A stretch of 64,000 nt of DNA from Candidatus Altiarchaeota archaeon. Its GTDB lineage: Archaea > Altiarchaeota > Altiarchaeia > IMC4 > SCGC-AAA252-I15. Where the stretch lies: the NCBI GenBank assembly GCA_043804895.1, contig JAZDIN010000025.1:36764-100763 (forward strand). The letters are read 5' to 3'. The notes beneath the pieces are model-generated. The model was not told where the DNA came from. It did no database searches and saw nothing but the letters and a program-made list of their open reading frames with translations. The translations under genes were made by a program, and so were the position numbers. Below are positions 36,621 through 46,242 of this stretch, piece after piece (positions within the stretch are counted from its first letter, which is position 1; each line of letters begins with the position of its first letter).

Positions 36621-38036
36621 TTGAAATGGGGTGTTGGTATGTCTCTTAGGATATGTCTGGTGATGCCGAAGATAGATGACAACAACTTGACTCCGCCCCT
36701 TGGTCTCCTGTACATAGCCGCTGTGTTGGAAAAGGAAGGCCACACGGTAAAATACTTCGACGCCAGGATAGAAGGCGACGTCATAGGTAAGCTAAAGGAA
36801 TTCAGGCCTGATGTCCTCGGCGTTACAGCAGTCACTCCGTCTTTTCTTTCAGCTGTGGAGATAGCGGAAAACGCAAAGAAGGCACTGCCAAAATTAAAGG
36901 TAGTGTTTGGCGGGCCGCATCCCTCAGCCCTACCTAAGGAGACCCTTGAATCTGGGCCGGTAGACTTTGTTGTGATAGGCGAGGGGGAGTATCCGATGCG
37001 GGATCTCTGCAGGCTACTTGGGGAGGGCGAGGATCCTTCAACGGTCGCGAATCTAGCCTACATGAAAGACAGAAGATACGTGCGAAACGCCAGAGTCAGA
37101 ATACTCACCGAGGAGGAGTTGAATTCGCTACCCTTTCCAGCACTACACCTGCTTGATGTTGAGAGATACTTCACAGTGGACAAGTCGTATGGCGTGTTCC
37201 TCAAAGACCGCCGCAACCTGCCGATCATATCGAGCCGCGGATGCCCTAGTTCATGCACCTACTGTAGCAGGATGATGGGAGCAAAGTTCAGGGGTCGCAC
37301 TCCAGAGAGCGTATTAGCTGAGATGGAGCATCTAATCAGGGACTTCAATGTGGGGGAAATACACATAGTCGATGACAATTTCACCCATGACCGTTCGAGG
37401 GCGATGAGGATACTAGATGGCATAATAGAGAGGAAATTCAACATAGCAATAAAGTTCCCCAATGGTATGCGTGCCGACAGGACCGACCCGGAGCTCTTCA
37501 TGAAGATGAAGCTGGCCGGGGTGTACTCTATAGGATTCGGGATAGAATCTGGTTCTCCGAGGATTCTGGAGTTGATGAGAAAAGGTGTAAAAATAGAAAG
37601 GGTCGCCCAGGCCATAAGGGATGCGAAGGAAGCCGGCTTATTGGTCGGGGGGGCTTTCATCATAGGATACCCTGGAGAAAACAAGGAGAGCATACTGGAG
37701 ACCATAAAATTCGCAACAAGCGTGCCGCTTGACACGGCAAGCATAGTGACTATTGTCCCGATGCCTGGCACAGAAGTCAGGAGGATATGCGAGGAGGGGG
37801 GGTATCTTACCGAAGACGCCAAGGACTGGAGCAAATATTTATTCATTAGAAACCGTCCATACAAGCTATTCGAAACAGAGCATCTCAGCTTCGAGGACAT
37901 AAAGAAATACACTGACTTGTTCCACAAGCGATTCTATATGCGTCCAACATACGTTTTGAGGATGCTTAAGGTGCTGAACATAACCCAGATAATAAGGGGT
38001 GTGAAGACCGTATTCTTTCCCTTCCTTGACCATTAA
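36621..38036 (+). CDS. class B (B12-binding domain) radical SAM enzyme, copy 1
   Basis: N-terminal cobalamin-binding Rossmann-like domain (LRICLVMPK...LGLLYIAAVL...VVFGGPHPSALP) followed by SRGCPSSCTYCS, a radical-SAM motif. Confidence 0.65.
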   Translation: MKWGVGMSLRICLVMPKIDDNNLTPPLGLLYIAAVLEKEGHTVKYFDARIEGDVIGKLKEFRPDVLGVTAVTPSFLSAVEIAENAKKALPKLKVVFGGPHPSALPKETLESGPVDFVVIGEGEYPMRDLCRLLGEGEDPSTVANLAYMKDRRYVRNARVRILTEEELNSLPFPALHLLDVERYFTVDKSYGVFLKDRRNLPIISSRGCPSSCTYCSRMMGAKFRGRTPESVLAEMEHLIRDFNVGEIHIVDDNFTHDRSRAMRILDGIIERKFNIAIKFPNGMRADRTDPELFMKMKLAGVYSIGFGIESGSPRILELMRKGVKIERVAQAIRDAKEAGLLVGGAFIIGYPGENKESILETIKFATSVPLDTASIVTIVPMPGTEVRRICEEGGYLTEDAKDWSKYLFIRNRPYKLFETEHLSFEDIKKYTDLFHKRFYMRPTYVLRMLKVLNITQIIRGVKTVFFPFLDH

Positions 38037-38080
38037 ACCGGTGCTACTGGAATATTATATGTCAAACAATATGTCTTAAG

Positions 38081-38827
38081 ATGGCAACAGCCGACGACGT
38101 AAAGGATGCGAACAGGCGATTTTTCGACTTAGCAGCCGACGTCTACGAGGGTGTTGACAAACGGCGTGGCGATAAGGTTAGCAGATGGCTTGACGACGGC
38201 ATAGGTGAGTTGAGTAAGAGAGCTACTGGTGGCGCGTTACTCGACATCGGATGCGGGACGGGATTTGTGATGCGAAAGTCAAATGGCAAGTTCAACCTCA
38301 TAGTCGGCGTTGACATAAGCCCGAACATGCTAAAGCAGACTAATGTCGGTTATCCTGTCTGCGCTGACACCGATTACCTCCCATTCAAGGGCGGAGTCTT
38401 CGATGCCGCGGCGTCTGTGGCTGTGCTACATCACATACTCGACCACAAGTCTATGTTCCAAGAAGCGCAGAGGGTCCTCAGGAAAGGTGGTGTATTCTAC
38501 AGCGACCATGACATAGACTCCGAGTTCGTTAAAAAGTTCGGCTGGCTTGTAAGGTTGAGGCGGAGATTCTGCGACAATAGCATAGCCTATCTCAGGGCTA
38601 AAAAAGACCTCACCAAGGAACTGTATGAGAAATCAGAGATACACCACGACGGAGTTGACTCCCCTCTGCTCAAGACTCAACTCCAAGATGCAGGATTCTC
38701 AAAAGTGAAAGTCAGATACCACTGGCTCGGCCTAAACACAGCCCTGAATGTTATACTATCACTTCCCCCCCTCAAATATCTGCCTCACGGATTCGCACCG
38801 AACGCATCATTTTGGGCTGTAAAATGA
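38081..38827 (+). CDS. class I SAM-dependent methyltransferase (type 11)
   Basis: LLDIGCGTGFVMRK...VGVDIS; FDAAASVAVLHH. Confidence 0.6.
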   Translation: MATADDVKDANRRFFDLAADVYEGVDKRRGDKVSRWLDDGIGELSKRATGGALLDIGCGTGFVMRKSNGKFNLIVGVDISPNMLKQTNVGYPVCADTDYLPFKGGVFDAAASVAVLHHILDHKSMFQEAQRVLRKGGVFYSDHDIDSEFVKKFGWLVRLRRRFCDNSIAYLRAKKDLTKELYEKSEIHHDGVDSPLLKTQLQDAGFSKVKVRYHWLGLNTALNVILSLPPLKYLPHGFAPNASFWAVK

Positions 38828-40251
38828 AGATACTCCTCATTAACCCGCCGAACTACCACATAGCCAAATCCTCCTCAGGCTGGGACATGGAAATAGACAA
38901 CATCGGACTTTACCCCCCCATCGGCCTCATGTACATCGCTGCATACATGAGGAAGAACACAGACTATGAAATCAGGATTCTTGACACGCTAGTTGACAGA
39001 TTAAGCTACGATGAGATAGGCGAACACGCCAGAAAATACAACCCAAACCTTGTGGGAGTAACCTCCTTCACCCTAACATTCTACGACGTTATGGAAACCA
39101 TCAAATCCGTACGGAAGGCCTGCCCGGGGGCGCACATAAACGTCGGAGGCCCACACACTTTCCTCTGGTGGGAGGATACGATCAAGAAACCAGAAGTAGA
39201 TTCAGTGCTCCTGGGTGAAGGTGAAGTTTCCTTCACCCAGCTTGCAGAAACGCTTGAAAGAAAAGGCGAACTGAAGGGTGTTAAAGGTATTGTACTTAAG
39301 GATGGCGACAAAATCATAAAGACCGGGAACGGTGAACTAATCAGGAATCTTGATGAACTGCCTTTCCCAGCATTTGATCTGGTCCCGTATAAGAGGTACA
39401 ACTCCATCAATTCACGCGAAAAATCACTGGCAGTCATATTCAGCTCTAGGGGGTGTCCATTCCAATGCACATACTGCGACAAGACCAACTTCCTCTACAG
39501 GGGCAGGAGCGTCGAGAACATACTGGATGAGATGCAACAGTACTATTCTGCCGGAATCCGCGAGTTCCTCTTCTTCGACGACCTGTTCAACATAAACCCC
39601 AAAAAGGTCATCGACGTCTCGGAGGGGATAATGCGCCGCGGATTCAAGATACGCTGGACGTTCAGGGCTAGGGTGGACCAGGTCACAGACGAAATGGTGA
39701 AGGCAGCGAAAAAATCAGGGTGCACCCTAATATCATTCGGGGTCGAAGACTGCACAGACGAAGGCCTGCGGATGATAAAAAAGGGGATAACGACAGAGCA
39801 GGTACTGGAGGCGGTCGAGACTGCCAAAAAGCATGGCCTTGAGACGAGCACCAACTGGATTATTGGCCTCCCACGGCACAAGAGCGAGAAGGATGTGATG
39901 GAGCTTTTGGATTTCGCGAAGAAGGTCGATTCCACATATGCTGAATTCACCATACTAGTGCCCTATTACGGCACGCAAATATACTGGGAGGGTATAACGA
40001 AGGGGGTTATCAAGGCCGGCATATGGGAGGGTTTCGTTAGGAGTCCACAACCAGACTTCCTCCTGCCCATGTGGGAAGAACACCTAAGTCGTGAAAAACT
40101 AAGCGAACTATATCACAAATGCTACAAAGGCTACTACTGGAGGTCGAAATACGTGCTAAAAAGCCTCCTTAACACAAAAAACCTCAACGAACTATGCAAG
40201 AAAGCAATCGCAGCCATGAAGATACTGGGTGTGGCGTCAAAGAAAAAATGA
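38812..40251 (+). CDS. class B (B12-binding) radical SAM enzyme, copy 2
   Basis: MKILLINPP...IGLMYIAAYM...VGGPHTF B12 domain; SRGCPFQCTYCDK radical-SAM motif. Confidence 0.65.
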   Translation: MGCKMKILLINPPNYHIAKSSSGWDMEIDNIGLYPPIGLMYIAAYMRKNTDYEIRILDTLVDRLSYDEIGEHARKYNPNLVGVTSFTLTFYDVMETIKSVRKACPGAHINVGGPHTFLWWEDTIKKPEVDSVLLGEGEVSFTQLAETLERKGELKGVKGIVLKDGDKIIKTGNGELIRNLDELPFPAFDLVPYKRYNSINSREKSLAVIFSSRGCPFQCTYCDKTNFLYRGRSVENILDEMQQYYSAGIREFLFFDDLFNINPKKVIDVSEGIMRRGFKIRWTFRARVDQVTDEMVKAAKKSGCTLISFGVEDCTDEGLRMIKKGITTEQVLEAVETAKKHGLETSTNWIIGLPRHKSEKDVMELLDFAKKVDSTYAEFTILVPYYGTQIYWEGITKGVIKAGIWEGFVRSPQPDFLLPMWEEHLSREKLSELYHKCYKGYYWRSKYVLKSLLNTKNLNELCKKAIAAMKILGVASKKK

Positions 40252-41201
40252 TAAAGAAAAAATACCTTGCATTAGTGAGCGTAGCACTAATACTCATAAT
40301 AATCTACTCGAGCAATCCTTCATCTCTGGTCGAGAATATACTTAAGATTAAGGTTGAAGTCCTACCCAAACTTGCCGCCCTCCTTATCATCTCGATTTTC
40401 TTGAGGACATTAAAGTGGCAGTTTGTCTTGAACAAAACAAAAAGGGTCTCGTTTGCATCGCTCCTCCCCGTTAACCTATCTGGTGTGCTTTTGCGCGATA
40501 CACTGCCTGCAAAGGTCGGTGAGCCACTTAAGGCGTTGCTTTTGAAGGATATCTTCAGCATACCAATCTCCAAGGGTATAGTATCTGTGGTGTGGGATCG
40601 ACTCATTGACTTCATAGCGCTTGCATCGCTTACAGTCCTGTTTCTCGCATTAACTCTGGGAAATTTTGGAAGTAGCGGTGTCTTAGCAGGGTTGGGTGGA
40701 ATTGCAATCGTACTTATTGCATGCGTTGTGGCCGTTTTCGGGCTGATTGATAAGAAAGTCGGAGCCATAGTCATAAAACCCTTCTCAAAAACCCTGTTCT
40801 TCAGGAGGTTTCTTACTGTAGATGCGGTGGATTCATTTTATTCGACCAGCGTAGGATTGACTAATGTTGTAATCAACTACATATTAACTCTTTTTTCAGT
40901 ATGTGTGGAGGGCCTTATGTTCTATGTTGTGTTATTGTCGATGGGTGTTAACATTAATCCACTATACGTTGTATCTGCCTTTTCCTTCTCTGTAATCTGT
41001 GGTTCTGTCAGTTTCCTCCCAGCAGGCATAGGTTCACTTGAGGCGGTCTTCATATTGTCTCTGATGTACGACGGCGTAAACCAAAGTCAGGCTGCTGCTT
41101 GCATAATATCTGTCCGGTCATTCAGCATACTATCAATGTATCTACTTGGACTTCTATCCTCCACAGTATGTATAAAAAAAGGCTCCAGCTTAGAATCCTA
41201 G
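40248..41201 (+). CDS. lysylphosphatidylglycerol-synthase-TM-like (flippase-like) membrane protein
   Basis: MIKKKYLALVSVALILII... with about 8 TM helices and the UPF0104/LPG_synthase_TM-type pattern often fused to GT2 enzymes. The start was chosen at ATG 40248. Confidence 0.45.
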   Translation: MIKKKYLALVSVALILIIIYSSNPSSLVENILKIKVEVLPKLAALLIISIFLRTLKWQFVLNKTKRVSFASLLPVNLSGVLLRDTLPAKVGEPLKALLLKDIFSIPISKGIVSVVWDRLIDFIALASLTVLFLALTLGNFGSSGVLAGLGGIAIVLIACVVAVFGLIDKKVGAIVIKPFSKTLFFRRFLTVDAVDSFYSTSVGLTNVVINYILTLFSVCVEGLMFYVVLLSMGVNINPLYVVSAFSFSVICGSVSFLPAGIGSLEAVFILSLMYDGVNQSQAAACIISVRSFSILSMYLLGLLSSTVCIKKGSSLES

Positions 41202-42182
41202 CTTCTCCTTCAAGATTAAGATAATGCCCTCAACCATGCCAACACCCATGGCTAGGCTTCTGTATATCATGAGTGGGAATACTAGGAGTGTCTCAGTTTT
41301 TTGAAATTTCTTAGATATTGTTATAGTGTAGTTGAGCATGAGCGCCAGGTAGAAGATGAGAAGGAGGATATATGGTGTGGTTAGTTGTGGCTCTACTACT
41401 ACTGGCAACAGACTTAAAATAAGAACCCACACGAGCGGCGGTGTTATCATTAGCGTCGGATTCGCCAAGTTGTCTCCTTTGATGCCGTGCGGGTGTTTTA
41501 TAAGTATCTGGAACCTGGACTTTGAGGTTTGGGATTGCTGCCTCCAGTATGATTTAAGGCCCGCCCTGTGGTAATGCCAGACCCTTGCTTTAGGGTTGAA
41601 TTCTATCTTGTAGCCTGCCTCGTTGACCCTGTATCCTATGTCTACGTCGTAGCCTGTCCTGAACTGAGTGTCATAGCCCCCAACCTCTTCAAGTACTTTC
41701 CTCCTGTATGCTAGGTTGCTGTCCTGCGGCGAGAGGATGTATCTTGGGTATCTTGAGTATCTGTATTCCAGCTCGTATCCTATTAGTCTCTGGAGGATGT
41801 TCATACCATCCGGCGTTATCACATTCCCCGTGGCTCCGCCCACCGCGGAATCCTGGAAGGGCTTTAGTATCTCAGTCAGCCAGTCTTTCGCGACGACGCA
41901 GTCTGCATTGGTCACCGCAACCAAATCGGACTTAGCGGCCTTCCACCCGATGTTGATTGCGTTTCCAGCCCCGAGGACGCCACCCCCCTTCAGTATCGTC
42001 GTCTCTATCCTAAGGTGTTCCCTCTTGAACTTTCTCATAATCTCGAAAGTCTTGTCTGTGCTGCCGTCATCAATCAGAATCAATTCGAACCCATCTGGGA
42101 ATTCCAACTCGGCTATCGACTTAAGGCACATCTCTAATGTGTCTTGCCCGTTCTTGCATGGTATCACAATGCTTGCCTTCAC
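41190..42182 (-). CDS. GT2-family glycosyltransferase with C-terminal TM helices
   Basis: MKASIVIPCKNGQDTLEMCLKSI...LILIDDGSTDKT; about 4 C-terminal TM helices. Confidence 0.7.
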   Translation of the reverse strand: MKASIVIPCKNGQDTLEMCLKSIAELEFPDGFELILIDDGSTDKTFEIMRKFKREHLRIETTILKGGGVLGAGNAINIGWKAAKSDLVAVTNADCVVAKDWLTEILKPFQDSAVGGATGNVITPDGMNILQRLIGYELEYRYSRYPRYILSPQDSNLAYRRKVLEEVGGYDTQFRTGYDVDIGYRVNEAGYKIEFNPKARVWHYHRAGLKSYWRQQSQTSKSRFQILIKHPHGIKGDNLANPTLMITPPLVWVLILSLLPVVVEPQLTTPYILLLIFYLALMLNYTITISKKFQKTETLLVFPLMIYRSLAMGVGMVEGIILILKEKLGF

Positions 42183-43084
42183 TTAAGCTGCCTCCTGATA
42201 AGCTGGTCTAAGAGTATGTTCTGGCTTCTTATGGAGTGTAGTATAAGGCCGATTGCTATGAACTGTATGCCAAGGATTATGAAGGAGAGGGATGCGATTA
42301 GGCTGAGCATCATCATCTGGCTGTATGGAGTCGACGTCAGTGAGAGAATCGATATTATGAGGCCAATTGTGAGGGACACTATCGACAGTATCGAGAACAG
42401 GAACATCGGCCTATAGTCCCTCAACAGGGTTATTATCGTCCATAGTATTATGAAGCCGTCACTGAAGGAGTCGAGCTTGGATTCGCTACCTTTCGGGCGG
42501 GACCTGTATCTTATCGGAACCTCCTTTATTCTGAAATTCTCTATTAGGGTCCTTATCGTCAGTTCAGTCTCTATCTCAAAGCCACTTGATATAAGGTTAA
42601 GGTGTTTGGCAAGGTTCCGGTTCAACACCCTGTATCCAGAGAGCACGTCCTCAAGTTTCATGCCGAAGGAAGTGTTTATCATGGTGACTATAGCCCAGTT
42701 GCCAAAGACATGGAGCCTCTTCATCGAATCCGATTCCTTGTCCCCAATCCTTGAGCCTACTGTCATGTCACATTCGCCGTCCAAGACTGGCTTTAGAAGA
42801 TTCTTAACGTCCTCTGCAGGGTACGTGTCGTCCCCGTCAACAAATACGTAGTAGTCTGCATCGATGTTGTCAAGGGCGGATTTCATCACGAAACCCTTGC
42901 CTCTGCGCGTTTCAGTCAGGACCTTGGCCCCGGCTTTCTTTGCAGCCTCCACAGTCCCATCGGTTGAGTTGTTGTTGTAGACTATTATGTCGGCGTCTGG
43001 AATCTCCCTCCTGAAATCCTTCACCACCTTTCCTATACTCTTCTCCTCGTTCAAGGCCGGGATTATTACTGCTGTCCTCACCAT
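42179..43084 (-). CDS. GT2-family polyprenyl-phosphate glycosyltransferase (Dpm1/GtrB-like) with C-terminal TM helices
   Basis: MVRTAVIIPALNEEKSIGKVV...IIVYNNNSTDGT...FVDGDDTY. The start was set at ATG 43084; the 43216 extension overlaps the upstream gene. Confidence 0.7.
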   Translation of the reverse strand: MVRTAVIIPALNEEKSIGKVVKDFRREIPDADIIVYNNNSTDGTVEAAKKAGAKVLTETRRGKGFVMKSALDNIDADYYVFVDGDDTYPAEDVKNLLKPVLDGECDMTVGSRIGDKESDSMKRLHVFGNWAIVTMINTSFGMKLEDVLSGYRVLNRNLAKHLNLISSGFEIETELTIRTLIENFRIKEVPIRYRSRPKGSESKLDSFSDGFIILWTIITLLRDYRPMFLFSILSIVSLTIGLIISILSLTSTPYSQMMMLSLIASLSFIILGIQFIAIGLILHSIRSQNILLDQLIRRQLK

Positions 43085-44463
43085 TTTTTCCAAAACATCG
43101 CAGGCAACGCATACCTTGCCGCACTCAAAATGTGCTCCAATTCCCCGGGGTTCCTGAGGGTCCTCAGCATATACTTGGGTCTCAGGTAATAAGACCTGAC
43201 GCCCCTTTTCGCCCACTCCCTGATTTCCTCGTTGCTCATGTGCGGGTAGCTAACTTCGCCGTTTTTTAGGCAGCCTCTTGAATTGAGCTCCGCATACATC
43301 GGGGCTGCCTTCGTGATTACTGGTATTGAGTACTGTATTGTCTCCACGTCAAGCGAATTAGCCCAATTTACCGTGTTTTTTATCGTCTCCTCCGTCTCTC
43401 CTGGCAGTCCGACTACGAAGTCTGCGTGTATCTCAAGGCCAGCTTTTTTAGCGTCTTTCGTGAACCTCTCCATAGTCTCCCTTGTAATGCCTTTCCTTAT
43501 GTTTTTCAGTATCGTCGGGTCAGCGGATTCATACCCTACATGCAACACCCTACATCCCGCCTTCTTCATCTTCTCCATCGTCTCAAGCTTCAGGTCGCCT
43601 TTGGCGTAGCAGCCCCATGTCACATCCAGCTTTTGCCTTATCACCTCCTCAGAAATCTCATCAGCCCACCATCCTGGCAGCATGTCATCTTGGAAGAACT
43701 GCTCCTTAATCTGCGGGAGGTTCTCCTTCACCCATCTCATCTCCTCCACGACATTGCTGGCGCTCCTGTGCCTGTACACTCCGGCCTCAGTTAGGGTGTT
43801 AACCCACAGGCAGAAGGTGCACATACCCCACACGCACCCGCGGCCTGTGAACATGTCAATGAACGGGTGCTTTTGCGCCACGACATGGTAGTTCCTGAAG
43901 TCCAGGTTCCTGCTGTAGAATTCGGTCACGAATGGGAAACTGTCTAAGTCTCCCTCAGGAATAGGAGGCCTCGGCTTGTTCTTAACGATTTTTCCGTTCC
44001 TCCTCCACATCAACCCCTCGATTTCAGCCGAGTTTTTGCCTGCAGCCAGGTCCCGTATGGTGTAGTCGAACTCACCGTATGCGACGTAGTCTATCTCATC
44101 AGAGGAGTTCATGACAGCGTCCGTGTCAATCGTAACCCAAGGGCCTGCGTAGACGATTCTCGAGCCAGTCTGCGACTTTATCTCATCGGCCAGTTTGGAG
44201 TCGTCTTTGAGGCTTCTCGTCGAACTATACAGTAGCGTCAAATCAGGCGATAACTTCTTAGCCTTCTCAAGTACCTGTTCAGGCGTCAGGTTCTCTGGTG
44301 GGGCGTCGACAAGCTTGACATTATGTCCCTCACGTTCAAGCAGGGCTCCGCAGTATCCGAGCCATATGGGGTACCATTGCGTGCCTGAGATTGACACTCC
44401 TTCACATCGCGCGTTCCGCATGAAATACTTCACGTACGGCGGATTCAGTAACAAGACATCCAT
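43078..44463 (-). CDS. class B (B12-binding) radical SAM enzyme, copy 3
   Basis: MDVLLLNPPYVKY...YPIWLGYCGALL B12 domain; GRGCVWGMCTFCLW radical-SAM motif. Confidence 0.65.
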   Translation of the reverse strand: MDVLLLNPPYVKYFMRNARCEGVSISGTQWYPIWLGYCGALLEREGHNVKLVDAPPENLTPEQVLEKAKKLSPDLTLLYSSTRSLKDDSKLADEIKSQTGSRIVYAGPWVTIDTDAVMNSSDEIDYVAYGEFDYTIRDLAAGKNSAEIEGLMWRRNGKIVKNKPRPPIPEGDLDSFPFVTEFYSRNLDFRNYHVVAQKHPFIDMFTGRGCVWGMCTFCLWVNTLTEAGVYRHRSASNVVEEMRWVKENLPQIKEQFFQDDMLPGWWADEISEEVIRQKLDVTWGCYAKGDLKLETMEKMKKAGCRVLHVGYESADPTILKNIRKGITRETMERFTKDAKKAGLEIHADFVVGLPGETEETIKNTVNWANSLDVETIQYSIPVITKAAPMYAELNSRGCLKNGEVSYPHMSNEEIREWAKRGVRSYYLRPKYMLRTLRNPGELEHILSAARYALPAMFWKKW

Positions 44464-44555
44464 TGCTGTTCATCTCATGTTTGCCAGCATTTATCCCCTA
44501 CCCTTGCTGTCGTACTCTATGTATGGCTTTATCCCCTTAAAGCGGTCGCATACTC

Positions 44556-45275
44556 TCATCTTAACCTTAGGATTTTGGCAACCCTTGAAAGGAACCCTAA
44601 GGCGAGGACTCTCGAATATCCTGGGCCTATGTTCATGTAGTTGAGCTTTGACTTTCCCTGCCTGCGGTCGACGTAGCTGATGGGTATCTCGCCTATTCTA
44701 TAACCTTCTATCGTGGCTTTCACCACAAGTTCGGAGTGTATCTCAGGCCCCGTTGACTTCAGATTCAGGGATTCGAACGTTTTTTTGTGGAATCCCCTGT
44801 AGCCGCTTGTTATGTCAGCCACTTTGACACTGATGAGCGCTCTGGAGACTATGTTGTAGGTGCCTGATATAACATTCCTTGTGGTCCCCCTCTTGAGGTT
44901 ACCCCCGCTCATGAACCTTGAACCAACTACCACATCATGCTCCTTCAAACTATTAACGAAGTTTGCTATCTCCTTTGGGTCATGGCTTAGGTCAGCATCC
45001 ATGAAAACCACCAATTCGTTTGATGCAACGCCGACACCCTCCCTGAGTGCATTGCCGAGGCCATTTCTGACCTCTCTAGCAAGCACTTTAACATTCCCGT
45101 ATACGGAGTTCATCTTCCGCGCCAGTTCTGGTGTCCCATCAGTTGATAAGTCGTCCACGACAATAACCTCACCATGTAAGCCTGCAGCATCGAAAATCCT
45201 CTCTACCCTTGGTATCAGCTCTTTTATGTTTTCAGCCTCGTTTATGGTCGGTATAACAACTGAAACTGAGTCCAT
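44556..45275 (-). CDS. GT2-family glycosyltransferase (dolichyl/polyprenyl-phosphate hexosyltransferase-like)
   Basis: MDSVSVVIPTINEAENIKELI...VIVVDDLSTDGT...FMDADLSHDP is a DPM-synthase-like signature. Confidence 0.75.
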   Translation of the reverse strand: MDSVSVVIPTINEAENIKELIPRVERIFDAAGLHGEVIVVDDLSTDGTPELARKMNSVYGNVKVLAREVRNGLGNALREGVGVASNELVVFMDADLSHDPKEIANFVNSLKEHDVVVGSRFMSGGNLKRGTTRNVISGTYNIVSRALISVKVADITSGYRGFHKKTFESLNLKSTGPEIHSELVVKATIEGYRIGEIPISYVDRRQGKSKLNYMNIGPGYSRVLALGFLSRVAKILRLR

Positions 45276-45279
45276 ATGT

Positions 45280-46242
45280 TCAACCGCCAGCCTCCTTTAT
45301 CCTCCCTAACCCCTCTGCCATACTGGTTTTTGGTTTCCAACCTAATGCGCAGAGTTTTGTGTTGTCTGAGCGTATATCCTTACTCTCCTTCCTCAACTTA
45401 GCTGAATCCAGATTAACCTCTGGTCTGCGTCCGTATAATCCAGCCGCTGTCTTAACAACGTCGCCTAATTGCATGCTTTTTCCGCCGCCGACGTTGAAGA
45501 TGTTTAATCCCCTGACTCGTTTTTCTATGAGTATCATGTATGCGTCCACTAGGTCGTCTACGTATAGAAAGTCCCTCTTAACTGTGATGTTTCCCAACTT
45601 GAGTTTATTGCCTTCTGAAAGCTGATTTAAAAGTGTGGGTATGAAAAAGTCGCCCGCCTGTCCTGGCCCGTAGATATTAAACTGTCGAAGTATTATGAAA
45701 AATCCTCCCCGTTCCTCGTGGAATACTCTTATTAGGTCTTCAGCAGCCTTTTTAGACCTACCGTAGCTGTTCGTCGGATTTGTTGGGTGTTTTTCGTCAA
45801 CAGGCAGATACTTCGGTTCACCATAAACCTTCGAGGATGATGCGAAGATGTAATTCGCATTCTCGCACTTGGTATGGAACTTAAGCGTATTGTATGTTCC
45901 AATGACGTTTATATCGTACGTCTTAAGCAAATCTTCCTCTGCTTCGGGTATAAATGAAATTCCTGCAAGATGCACGACACAGTCTATGTCCAAGGGCAGG
46001 CTCCTGAAACTCCGGAAGTCCGATACATCAACACTGTGGTGTTCCACACCTGCCAATCCGGCACGCTTGATGTCGGCGCCGACAACTGCATACCCGCCCT
46101 CGACAAGGCGTTTGCACAGGTTGGCTCCTATGAATCCAGAGTAGCCGGTGACCAGAATGTTACCAGTCAATCCTACCCCACCATTTATCCTTGTTTTCTG
46201 CGTAGTATTTGATGGTCTCCTTAACACTTTCCCTTCTGTCAT
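45280..46242 (-). CDS. NAD-dependent SDR (GDP-4-keto-6-deoxy-sugar reductase/epimerase, Rmd/DmhB-like); start uncertain
   Basis: ILVTGYSGFIGANLCKRL; YGRSKKAAE. The track start is 83 nt inside the upstream gene; a TTG near 46170 is a more plausible start. Confidence 0.55.
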   Translation of the reverse strand: MTEGKVLRRPSNTTQKTRINGGVGLTGNILVTGYSGFIGANLCKRLVEGGYAVVGADIKRAGLAGVEHHSVDVSDFRSFRSLPLDIDCVVHLAGISFIPEAEEDLLKTYDINVIGTYNTLKFHTKCENANYIFASSSKVYGEPKYLPVDEKHPTNPTNSYGRSKKAAEDLIRVFHEERGGFFIILRQFNIYGPGQAGDFFIPTLLNQLSEGNKLKLGNITVKRDFLYVDDLVDAYMILIEKRVRGLNIFNVGGGKSMQLGDVVKTAAGLYGRRPEVNLDSAKLRKESKDIRSDNTKLCALGWKPKTSMAEGLGRIKEAGG

